Below, piece by piece: positions 8,398-16,439 of a DNA stretch of 21,175 nucleotides. Made by a program: the position numbers and the translations under genes. Position 1 is the stretch's first letter. Every line of letters begins with the position of its first letter. The stretch lies in assembly GCA_031416315.1 (NCBI GenBank), contig JANOTL010000107.1:1-21175 (forward strand), written 5' to 3'. The DNA is from Pseudomonadota bacterium (GTDB lineage: Bacteria; Bdellovibrionota_B; Oligoflexia; Oligoflexales; CAIYRB01). Below the pieces are notes generated by a model. That model saw only the letters and a program-made list of their open reading frames with translations. It searched no databases and was not told the DNA's origin.

Positions 8398-9042
8398 ATG
8401 CGGGCGGACCCCCCCAATTCGATGAAGTTTAATCACCTTCGCCGTGCGAGCGCCCCCGTCCGCACGGCTAAGCGGCTGAGCTTCGGCATCCCGGCCCTCG
8501 ACGAGGCCTTCGGCGGCGGCCTCTCCCTCGGCACGGTCATCGAGTGGGGCGTGCGTCCGGGGCGCGGCGGCCGTCGTCTCATCGTCGAGCTCCTGGCGCG
8601 GGCGACCAGCGCTCCCTGGAAGCTCTGGTGCCTATGGATCGGCCCCCCGCATGGCGCAACGACGACGCTGGGTATCTACCCGCCCGCCTGGAGCGCCGCG
8701 GGCGTCGACCTGACGCGCATGCGCTTCGCCGCCTCCGAGCATCCGGTCGAGGATTTGAAGCCGGCGCTCGTCGACCCTCTCTTCAAGGTCGTGGTGCTCG
8801 ACGCTCCCTTGCGTCTCACCTCGGACGAGGCGGCTTACCTCGCGCGCGAGGCGCGCAGGCTGCAACGGATCGTCATCCTTTTACGTGACCGTGAGCTCGA
8901 CGACGCGCGCGGCAACGTCTGGGCGAAAATTCGGGTCAACTGCCGGCGCGAAGGCTGGCTCGCGCCGGGCTACCGCCTCGAGCCCGTCCGCGGCCTCTCG
9001 CCCCGCCTCACGCGCTTTCGCGCCAGCCTTGACCCATGCTGA
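8398..9042 (+). CDS. imuA: ImuA-like (RecA/SulA-superfamily) mutasome accessory protein; alternative start 8422
   Basis: RecA-like LSFGIPALDEAFGGGLSLGTVIEW, degenerate Walker A GVRPGRGGRR lacking K-T/S, IYPPAW-xx-AGVDL, Walker-B-like FKVVVLD. First gene of the imuB/dnaE2 cassette. Confidence 0.8.
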   Translation: MRADPPNSMKFNHLRRASAPVRTAKRLSFGIPALDEAFGGGLSLGTVIEWGVRPGRGGRRLIVELLARATSAPWKLWCLWIGPPHGATTTLGIYPPAWSAAGVDLTRMRFAASEHPVEDLKPALVDPLFKVVVLDAPLRLTSDEAAYLAREARRLQRIVILLRDRELDDARGNVWAKIRVNCRREGWLAPGYRLEPVRGLSPRLTRFRASLDPC

Positions 9043-10658
9043 CCGCTGCGGACGCGCCATGGCCGCGCTATCTCGCCGTCGAGCTCTCGGGCGACGGCGC
9101 GCGGCTTTTGGCCTTGAGCCCCTGGCTCATGCGCTGGGAAGGCGAGGTCCTGTGGCTCGTCGACCTCACGCCCTGTCGCCGCTATTGGGAGACGCTGGCG
9201 GAGCGCGCGGGGCGAACGGCGGCGGAGCTCGTCCGTGAGCTCTTGCCGCGTCTTCTGGGCGAGGATCTCGTGCGGGCGGCCTCGGCGGATCATCCCTGGC
9301 GCGCGCTCCTCCTCGCGCGCGCCATGGGCGAGCGGAAGGTCGGCGGCATCCTCGACTGGGACGCGCCTTTCGGCAAAGCCCTGCGCGACGCGCTCACCTG
9401 GAGCGGCTGGCTCGCTTTGGCGAAGAGCTGCGCCGTGCATCTGCAGAGCTTGCATCAAAAGCGTTTCGGCGCGCAGCGCTTCGCGCAGCAATGCCGCCAG
9501 CTCGAAGGGGCGATGGCGCGTCTCGGCGCGCGCGGGCCGCTCATGCTGGCGGGGGAGGAGGCCATGGCCTTCCGCCGGCGTTTCGGCAGCTGGATCGGTA
9601 TCTTTTGGGAGTGGGGAGCGCCCCGCGATCCCGCCTCCGTCCCGCGCACGGCCGCGCCTCTCCCGCGCGACCCCGCCGCTCCGTTCTTCCCGCGCGCCTC
9701 CGTTCCGCGCTCGCAAGCTCCGCGCCGCCCGCATCTCATGCTGATTCCCGACGCCGTCGGCGGGGGCGCGTCCGAGGAGACCGAAGCCCCCCGCGACGCC
9801 GGTCTCCCGCCTCGCGAGGACGTCGCCGCGCCCAGTCCTTCGCGCGAGCCGGGCTTCCCGTGGCTTGCCTGGCTGCCCCGCACGACCCCGGAGCGCCCTC
9901 GGCATCTCGATTTCCCGCTCTGGCGCTGGGACGATCTCGCCCCGCTCCTCGCGGAGGATCTGGCCGCTCTGGGCGTGGATCCTCGCTGGCAACCGGAGGA
10001 GCGCGTCACCGAGCTGGTCTGGCAGCTCACGCTGAACGATCTGAGCGAGATCGCGGTCAGCGTCGTCTTCCGCCATCCGCACGACCTGCGTAAGGACGCT
10101 GCGAGCGGCTTCCGCATCACGCTCCTGCAGGCGTCCTATGCCTTCGAGGACGCGATGCGCCACGCGCGCCGCCACCGCGAGTCGGAGGTCGAGCTCCCCA
10201 TCACCAGTTGGAGCGTGCGCGTCGCCGGCCGCATCGTCACGCTCACGACGTGGGCGGACCTCTTCGGCGAGGCTGGTAGCGACACCGATCTCGTGCGTCT
10301 TCTGGAGATCGAGAACGCGCTCGCGGTCGGCCTCGAGCGTTATACGCTCACCGCGGACTGGCTCCCGGAGAGCTCCTACGTGCGTGCCGCCTCGACCTCG
10401 ACCGAGCTCGCCGACTGGGTGACTCTCGCGCGGCGACGCCCCCTCTTCTATACGGTGACGCCGGTCCCGCTCACCGCGGCGGAGTTGCGCGGCTCTCGCC
10501 AACTCTTTCTCGAGCGCGTCGCCACCAAGTGGTGGGAAGCGGGCAACCCCGACTCCGGCCGGCGCGACTACTATCAACTCCTCGACCGCGAGGGCCGCTA
10601 TCTCTGGGCTTTTCGCGACGAGCAAGGCGCGTGGTTCAAGCATGGCCTCTTCGGCTGA
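9036..10658 (+). CDS. imuB: Highly divergent ImuB (inactive Y-family polymerase homolog)
   Basis: Hallmark ImuB C-terminus ERVATKWW...RRDYYQL...GRYLWAFRD...WFKHGLFG and palm-like LSPWL...WLVDLT. Overlaps imuA by 7 bp and dnaE2 by 17 bp. Confidence 0.8.
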   Translation: MLTAADAPWPRYLAVELSGDGARLLALSPWLMRWEGEVLWLVDLTPCRRYWETLAERAGRTAAELVRELLPRLLGEDLVRAASADHPWRALLLARAMGERKVGGILDWDAPFGKALRDALTWSGWLALAKSCAVHLQSLHQKRFGAQRFAQQCRQLEGAMARLGARGPLMLAGEEAMAFRRRFGSWIGIFWEWGAPRDPASVPRTAAPLPRDPAAPFFPRASVPRSQAPRRPHLMLIPDAVGGGASEETEAPRDAGLPPREDVAAPSPSREPGFPWLAWLPRTTPERPRHLDFPLWRWDDLAPLLAEDLAALGVDPRWQPEERVTELVWQLTLNDLSEIAVSVVFRHPHDLRKDAASGFRITLLQASYAFEDAMRHARRHRESEVELPITSWSVRVAGRIVTLTTWADLFGEAGSDTDLVRLLEIENALAVGLERYTLTADWLPESSYVRAASTSTELADWVTLARRRPLFYTVTPVPLTAAELRGSRQLFLERVATKWWEAGNPDSGRRDYYQLLDREGRYLWAFRDEQGAWFKHGLFG

Positions 10659-13600
10659 CGCGAGCCCGGGCTGGAACGAATGGATCGCCCACACCAACTT
10701 CAGCTTCCTCACCGGCGCCTCGCATCCAGCGGAGGTCGTGGAGCGGGCCGTCGCGCTGGGCTACAAAGGCCTGGCGATCACCGACTTCGACGGCGCCTAT
10801 GGCCTGGCACGCTCGTTTCGCGCCCTCGAGCGCCTGCGCAAGGACGGCCGCGACGGCGGCATGAGGCTCTTCTATGGCGCGGAGCTGCACCTCGCGCGGG
10901 ACCATGAGCTACCGGTCGTCTGGCGCGACACGATCATTTTGATAGCACAGTCGCATCGCGGTTATTTCAACCTCTGCCGCCTTTTGACGGAAGCGCACCG
11001 CGGCGGCAAGAACGGCGCGCATCTGCCGCTCATGGAGATCCTCGACGAGAAGGCCTTCGACCTGGAGGATCTCGTCGCCATTCAGCCTATGCGCGGGCGC
11101 GCCCGCCGCGCCGGCTGGACCCCCGCCGCCGAGCTGGAGCTCGCGGCCCGCTGCGCCGAGGTGAAGCGCCGCTTCGGCCCGCGCTTCCACCTGGCGCTCT
11201 CCCGCCATCTCCACCCTTCCGAGGACGAAGGCCTGCAACCGACCTTGCGCCTCGCACGCGCGCTCGACGTCCCGTGTCTGCTGAGCCAAGACGTCTTCTT
11301 CCACCACCCCGATCGTAAGAGCCTGAGCGATCTTCTCCACGCCATCCGCTGCAACCGCCCGGTAGGGGAGGTGACCGCGCAGCACTTCCCTAACGCCGAG
11401 CGCTCTTTGCGTGATCCCGCGGGGCTTGCTCGTCTCTACGCTGATCTCGGCCCCGTCCAAAAAGCCGCCCAGGCTGCCAGCGCCGCGCTGTCGGCCTCGA
11501 TCCATTTCGACCTGAAAGAGCTCACGTACCGGTATCCGCAGGAAATGCTGCCCGAGGGCCACACCAGCCAAAGCTACCTCGAGGAGCTCAGCTGGGCCTC
11601 GGCCAAGGAGCGCTTCGGCGGCAACGTCCCCGAAAAGATCGTCACGCTCTTGCAGCACGAGCTCACCCTCGTCGGGCAGCTCGGCTTTGCCGACTACTTC
11701 GTCACCGTCTGGGACATCGTGCGCTGGGCGCGCTCGCAGCACATCCTCTGCCAGGGGCGCGGCTCTGCGGCGAACTCCGCCGTCTGCTACGTGCTCGGCA
11801 TCACCGCGGTCGACGTGAGCGAGCACGAGATGCTCTTCGAGCGCTTCATCAGCGTCGAGCGCGGCGACCCGCCCGACATCGACGTCGACTTCGAGCACGA
11901 GCGCCGCGAGGAGGTCATCCAGTACATCTACCGCCGCTTCGGCCGAGACCGCGCCGCCATGGTCGCCAACGTCATCACCTTCGAGAGCCGCGGCGCCTTG
12001 CGAGCGGTCGGGAAGGCGCTGGGCGTGGCCGAAGTCTGGCTCGGCGCCACCTCGCAGGTCCTGGGCCTGCGCGAGCTCCGGCAAAGCGAGCCCGACGACG
12101 CGCTCGGCGAGGCGAAGAAGATCGCCGCGCAAAAAGGCGTCGCCGAGGACCCCGCCACCGTACCCTGGGGCCTCTGGGGCGAGCTCGCGGCGCGCCTCCA
12201 CGGCTTTCCCCGCCACCTCGGCATCCATTCCGGCGGCTTCATCGTCACCGATCGCGCCCTCGAGTGGTTGGCTCCCCGCGAGCCCGCGACGATGGAGAAT
12301 CGCACCGTCGTGCAGTGGTGCAAGGAAGACATCGAGGCGCTCGACATCTTCAAGATCGACATCCTGGCGCTGGGCATGCTCACCGCGATCCGCAAATGCT
12401 TCACGCTCGTGAAAGATCACTACGGCAAAGAGCTGACGATCGCCGCCATCCCGGTCCTCGACCAGCCCACCTACGATATGATCTGCCGCGCCGACACCGT
12501 CGGCACCTTCCAGGTGGAGTCGCGCGCGCAGATGTCGATGCTGCCGCGGCTCAAGCCGCGCAACCTCTACGAGCTCGCCATCGAGGTCGCCATCGTCCGT
12601 CCGGGTCCGATCCAGGGCAAGATGGTGCATCCTTTTCTGCGCCGCCGCACGGGCGTCGAGAAGATCGACTACCCGGACCCGCGCTTGGAGCCCATCCTCA
12701 AGCGCACGATGGGCGTGCCGATCTTCCAAGAGCAGGTGATGCGCATCGCCATGGAGGTCGGCGGCTTTTCCCCCGGCGAGTCGAACGAGCTGCGCCGCCA
12801 CATGGGCTCTTTCACCATGAAGGGTGATCTGAGCGGCATGATCGGCAAGCTCGAGCAAGGCATGCGCAAGAACGGCCTCGGCGAAGAGTTCATCGCGCGC
12901 CTCATGGAGCAGATCAAAGGCTTCTCGCATTACGGTTTTCCGGAGTCGCACGCGATCTCATTCGCGCTCCTGGCCTACGTCTCGTCCTACTTAAAACAGC
13001 ACTATCCCGCCGCCTTCTTCACGGCGCTCCTCAACTCGCAGCCCATGGGCTTCTACACGCCGCATGCGCTCTTGCAGACGGCGCAGCATCTCGGGCTCGA
13101 GGTCAGGCCGCCTTGCGCCTTGCGCTCGCGCTGGGAGACGACCTTGGAGCGCCGTAACGGCGAGCGCGCCCATGCGATCCGCGTCGGCCTCCACCTGGTG
13201 AGCTCTCTGCGCGAGGAGTCCGCGCGCCTCCTCGTCGAGCGCCGCGACCGCGCCGGCGGCTTCGGCACCCTGGAGGAGCTCCTGCGTCAGGGCCGCCTCG
13301 GCCGCGTCGACCTCACGGCGCTGGCCGCCGCCGACGCGCTGAAGATCTTCGGCGTCTCGCGCCGCGCCGCGCTCTGGATCGCGGAGGCCGCGGCGTTCAC
13401 CGAGTTTCTCGAGGACGCCGACGTCGCGCAGCCGGCCGAGTTGCCTCCGGAAAGTCCGTGGGAGCGCGCCACCGCCGACTTCAAGGCCTTGGGCACCACC
13501 TTCGGCCGCCACCCGACGGCGCTCCTGCGGGAGCAAGGCTGGTGCTATCGGCCGAAGACGCACACGCTCACGCCGGCAGCGAAGCTCACGCAGGTGCGGA

Positions 13601-13947
13601 GCGGCCGCAACGTCGTCGTGTTCGGCATGGTCCTCGTCCGCCAGATGCCGCCCGAAGCGAAAGGCGTGATGTTCGCGACGCTGGAGGACGACACGGGCCT
13701 CATCAACCTGATCTTCCATCCGCAGGTCCGCCAGCGCTTCCGCGCCCTGATCGACGGGCTTACCTTCCTCTGCGTCGAGGGCCGAATCCAGAACCAGGAC
13801 GGCGCCTACTCGATCCTCGTGCAGACCGTCCACGCGCCGAGTCTCAGCGCCGCCGAGGTCGTGCCGCTGCGTCGCGATGCGCTCATCTCTCCTGCAGCTT
13901 CCCTCGCGCAAGAACGCCATCTCGTGAATAGTCGGGACTATTTCTAA
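10642..13947 (+). CDS. dnaE2: Error-prone DNA polymerase III alpha, DnaE2/ImuC
   Basis: PHP domain HTNFSFLTGASHP and LAITD; CQGRGSAANSAVCY; catalytic PPDIDVDFEH and KIDILALGML; FQVESRAQM, YGFPESHA, LLNSQPMGFY; OB fold FATLEDDTG; C-terminal SRDYF. Confidence 0.98.
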   Translation: MASSADASPGWNEWIAHTNFSFLTGASHPAEVVERAVALGYKGLAITDFDGAYGLARSFRALERLRKDGRDGGMRLFYGAELHLARDHELPVVWRDTIILIAQSHRGYFNLCRLLTEAHRGGKNGAHLPLMEILDEKAFDLEDLVAIQPMRGRARRAGWTPAAELELAARCAEVKRRFGPRFHLALSRHLHPSEDEGLQPTLRLARALDVPCLLSQDVFFHHPDRKSLSDLLHAIRCNRPVGEVTAQHFPNAERSLRDPAGLARLYADLGPVQKAAQAASAALSASIHFDLKELTYRYPQEMLPEGHTSQSYLEELSWASAKERFGGNVPEKIVTLLQHELTLVGQLGFADYFVTVWDIVRWARSQHILCQGRGSAANSAVCYVLGITAVDVSEHEMLFERFISVERGDPPDIDVDFEHERREEVIQYIYRRFGRDRAAMVANVITFESRGALRAVGKALGVAEVWLGATSQVLGLRELRQSEPDDALGEAKKIAAQKGVAEDPATVPWGLWGELAARLHGFPRHLGIHSGGFIVTDRALEWLAPREPATMENRTVVQWCKEDIEALDIFKIDILALGMLTAIRKCFTLVKDHYGKELTIAAIPVLDQPTYDMICRADTVGTFQVESRAQMSMLPRLKPRNLYELAIEVAIVRPGPIQGKMVHPFLRRRTGVEKIDYPDPRLEPILKRTMGVPIFQEQVMRIAMEVGGFSPGESNELRRHMGSFTMKGDLSGMIGKLEQGMRKNGLGEEFIARLMEQIKGFSHYGFPESHAISFALLAYVSSYLKQHYPAAFFTALLNSQPMGFYTPHALLQTAQHLGLEVRPPCALRSRWETTLERRNGERAHAIRVGLHLVSSLREESARLLVERRDRAGGFGTLEELLRQGRLGRVDLTALAAADALKIFGVSRRAALWIAEAAAFTEFLEDADVAQPAELPPESPWERATADFKALGTTFGRHPTALLREQGWCYRPKTHTLTPAAKLTQVRSGRNVVVFGMVLVRQMPPEAKGVMFATLEDDTGLINLIFHPQVRQRFRALIDGLTFLCVEGRIQNQDGAYSILVQTVHAPSLSAAEVVPLRRDALISPAASLAQERHLVNSRDYF

Positions 13948-13963
13948 AGATTCTATAAATTAA

Positions 13964-13992
13964 TTTACAAATTCAACCTCATTCTTTAATAT
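13964..13992 (+). promoter_or_regulatory. Sigma70-type promoter of the beta-amylase gene: TTTACA-N17-TAATAT
   Basis: -35 TTTACA at 13964-13969, exact 17-bp spacer, -10 TAATAT at 13987-13992, in a strongly AT-rich intergenic patch. Palindrome TAAATTAATTTA (13956-13967) overlaps the -35. Confidence 0.7.
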
Positions 13993-14001
13993 CCGCGGCC
14001 T

Positions 14002-15399
14002 ATGAAAATGCTTTTAGCCGCCCTCATCAGCGTCCTCGTCAGCCTGCCCGCGCCGGCCGCCACGATCAACGTCATGGCGCCTCTCGTCGTCGGCGACCCC
14101 GCCGCGCTCGACGCCCCGGCCTCCGCTGCCGCCTGGAAGGCATTCGACGCTCAGCTCGCCGCCTTGGCCGCGACCGGCATCGACGGCGTCTCGACCGACG
14201 TGTGGTGGGGGATCGTCGAGCCTGAGGACGACGCCTTCCAATGGGCCTACTACGACCGCCTCGCAGCGCACGTGCTCGCCGCCGGGCTCAAGTGGGTGCC
14301 GATCCTCTCGTTCCACCAATGCGGCGGTAACGTGGGGGACGACTGCAATGTCCCCTTGCCGAGCTGGGTCTTCGCCAAGGTCGCTGCGCGAGCTGGCCAA
14401 AAAGACGAGCGTGCCGTCCAGTACGTCAGTGAGCAAGGCAATGCCAGCCGCGAGTACGTATCAGTCTGGGCCACGCAGTGGGTGCTCGACGACTACGCCG
14501 CGCTCATGAGCGCTTTCCAAAGCCACTTTGCCGCCTTGGCTCCGCGAATCCTCGAGATCAACGTATCGCTCGGGCCCTCCGGCGAGCTGCGCTACCCCTC
14601 CTACAATGCCCACGACCAAGGCTCGGGCTATCCGACAAGGGGCGCTCTCCAGGCATATTCGACGCTCGCGCGCCAGGACCTGAAGCGCCGCAAGAAGATC
14701 GCGCCGCCCGCCGACCCGGAAGCCTTCTTCGCCCGTCGCGAGCACCTGACGACCCAATCCGGTCGCGACTTCATCAGCTGGTATCACAGCTCGCTCCTGC
14801 GCCACGGGGAGCTCGTCATGAGCAAAGCCCTCGCCGTGTTCGCGACGCCGGGCGCCGCTTTCTCCGGCATCGACCTCGGCGCGAAGATCCCGGGCATCCA
14901 CTGGCGGGTCGGCCACCGCGACGCCCAAGGCAGCCTCGTCTACGCCGACCGCTTGGCGGAGATCGCCGCGGGCTTGATCCGCACCCTCCCGAACGACTGG
15001 ACCGCCGCCCAGGGCCACGGCTACGCCCACATCGTCTCGCTCTTCGCGCGTCTCAACCGCGGCAAAGCGCTGTCGCGCGTCGTGCTCCATTTCACCTGCC
15101 TCGAGATGCCCGACGGCCAGGACCTCCCGGAGGTCGCGTCGCTCGCCGCCTCGCTCGTCGGCTGGGTCGGGACGGCCGCGCGTCGCCAGGGCGTGCCGCT
15201 GAAAGGCGAGAACGCGCTCGGCTGGAACCTGCCGTACGCGGCCTCGTGGGAGCTGATGCGCAGCGCTCTCTCGATCGCGCCGACGCGCCGCGGTGACTAC
15301 GAGGGACTGACCCTCCTCCGCTCGACAGACATCGTGGGCAACGAAACCGCCATGATCGAGCTCGCGAAGACCGTCGCCGAGGCGCACGGACAACGCTAG
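14002..15399 (+). CDS. Secreted beta-amylase, glycoside hydrolase family 14
   Basis: Signal peptide; GH14 motifs DVWWGIVE, SFHQCGGNVGDDCNVPLP, LGPSGELRYPSY (catalytic acid Glu), AKIPGIHW, HFTCLEM and GENAL (catalytic base Glu). Confidence 0.95.
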   Translation: MKMLLAALISVLVSLPAPAATINVMAPLVVGDPAALDAPASAAAWKAFDAQLAALAATGIDGVSTDVWWGIVEPEDDAFQWAYYDRLAAHVLAAGLKWVPILSFHQCGGNVGDDCNVPLPSWVFAKVAARAGQKDERAVQYVSEQGNASREYVSVWATQWVLDDYAALMSAFQSHFAALAPRILEINVSLGPSGELRYPSYNAHDQGSGYPTRGALQAYSTLARQDLKRRKKIAPPADPEAFFARREHLTTQSGRDFISWYHSSLLRHGELVMSKALAVFATPGAAFSGIDLGAKIPGIHWRVGHRDAQGSLVYADRLAEIAAGLIRTLPNDWTAAQGHGYAHIVSLFARLNRGKALSRVVLHFTCLEMPDGQDLPEVASLAASLVGWVGTAARRQGVPLKGENALGWNLPYAASWELMRSALSIAPTRRGDYEGLTLLRSTDIVGNETAMIELAKTVAEAHGQR

Positions 15400-15431
15400 A
15401 CTACGGGGACCACTACCCCGGAGCCCCGCGC

Positions 15432-15854
15432 ATGGACCTCGAAGCCTTCAAGAGCTTTATGATCGCGTTGATCGACGAAGAGTTCGCGCCGCGTGCGGTG
15501 CCGCTCTCCAAGCGATGGGCCGGCGGCACCATTGTGCTCAAGCCCGACAACGACACGCAGCCGAAGGAGATCCCGCTCGAGATCTTCTTCAAGAAGATCC
15601 TGGGCATCCGCGAGTCCTTGCGCGTCCTTGAGCAAAAGATCAACAACCACGCGGCCCTGGGACCTGAGGACCGGACAACGCTGCAAGCCTACGTCACCAA
15701 GTGCTACGGCAGCCTCACGACCTTCAACGTCCTGTTCAAGGACGACAAGGACAAATTCGTCGGCTCCGGCTCCGGCACTGAGGAAGAGAAGCCGAAAATG
15801 ACCGTTGGCGAGGCGAAGCGGCGGCTCGGCATGGGTGACTACAGCAAGGACTGA
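15432..15854 (+). CDS. Conserved hypothetical cytoplasmic protein (140 aa)
   Basis: Strong GC3 codon bias. The motif run W-x-GGT..KEIPLE-x-FF-x-KI..LRVLEQKIN..YGSLTTFNVLF resembles an uncharacterised bacterial family (from memory). Confidence 0.85.
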   Translation: MDLEAFKSFMIALIDEEFAPRAVPLSKRWAGGTIVLKPDNDTQPKEIPLEIFFKKILGIRESLRVLEQKINNHAALGPEDRTTLQAYVTKCYGSLTTFNVLFKDDKDKFVGSGSGTEEEKPKMTVGEAKRRLGMGDYSKD

Positions 15855-15862
15855 GGCCGTCT

Positions 15863-16348
15863 TCAGGGCACTTGCCCACACATTCGTTTGAAGGTCGCGA
15901 TCGCTGCGTCCGGCGCGCGCGCTGCGGTGCCCGACGCGGCGAAGCTCCACGTCCGCGACGCATTGCCGACCTGAATCGTCGCCCCCTCGGCCGCCGTCCC
16001 GAGCCACGCGACGTGCGCGCGACACGCGAGCGCAACGGAGACCGGGCAGTCGCCGTCCTTCGCCCCGAACAGCGCGTCGACTTCCAGCTGGCTGTCTTCG
16101 GCGCGGTCGAAGCGGCCCTCGGCGTCCGTCACCATCTCCTCCTCGAACGAGGTCGCCGTCGGCACGTCGGTGCCGTTGGGGGCCAGGCTGTCGTTGCACT
16201 GGGCCGTGTACACGATGATTGTCGCCGTATCGACCGGCTTCCCATCTTCGCCAAGCAGCTGCCCGCGGAGTCCAGGGCGCAGGATCCGCAGATGCGGCAA
16301 GCAGCCGGAGATCAGAACCACGAGGCTGAGGGTGACGAAAAGACGCAT
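15863..16348 (-). CDS. Lipoprotein with carboxypeptidase-regulatory-like (prealbumin-type) beta-sandwich
   Basis: Start reassigned to the ATG at 16348 (MRLFVTLSLVVLISGC lipobox). Pattern LRGQLLGEDGKPVDTATI...VTDAEGRF. Confidence 0.75.
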   Translation of the reverse strand: MRLFVTLSLVVLISGCLPHLRILRPGLRGQLLGEDGKPVDTATIIVYTAQCNDSLAPNGTDVPTATSFEEEMVTDAEGRFDRAEDSQLEVDALFGAKDGDCPVSVALACRAHVAWLGTAAEGATIQVGNASRTWSFAASGTAARAPDAAIATFKRMCGQVP

Positions 16349-16439
16349 CGCCGCATGATACCTCGACGACTGCAGGTCGATGCAATAAGTTGCCGGGAGG
16401 TCCCCAAGCCCAAAATCGAGACCACCGAAAGGATCGACC

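Noticed and set aside
8970..10712. 580-aa minus-strand ORF
   Set aside because: Antisense to imuB, which has family motifs and coupled overlaps with its neighbours.
10909..12951. 680-aa minus-strand ORF
   Set aside because: Antisense shadow of dnaE2 caused by GC3 bias; no motifs of its own.
15404..15420. CGGGG-N7-CCCCG hairpin after the beta-amylase gene
   Set aside because: Only a 5-bp stem with no U-tract; too weak to call a terminator.
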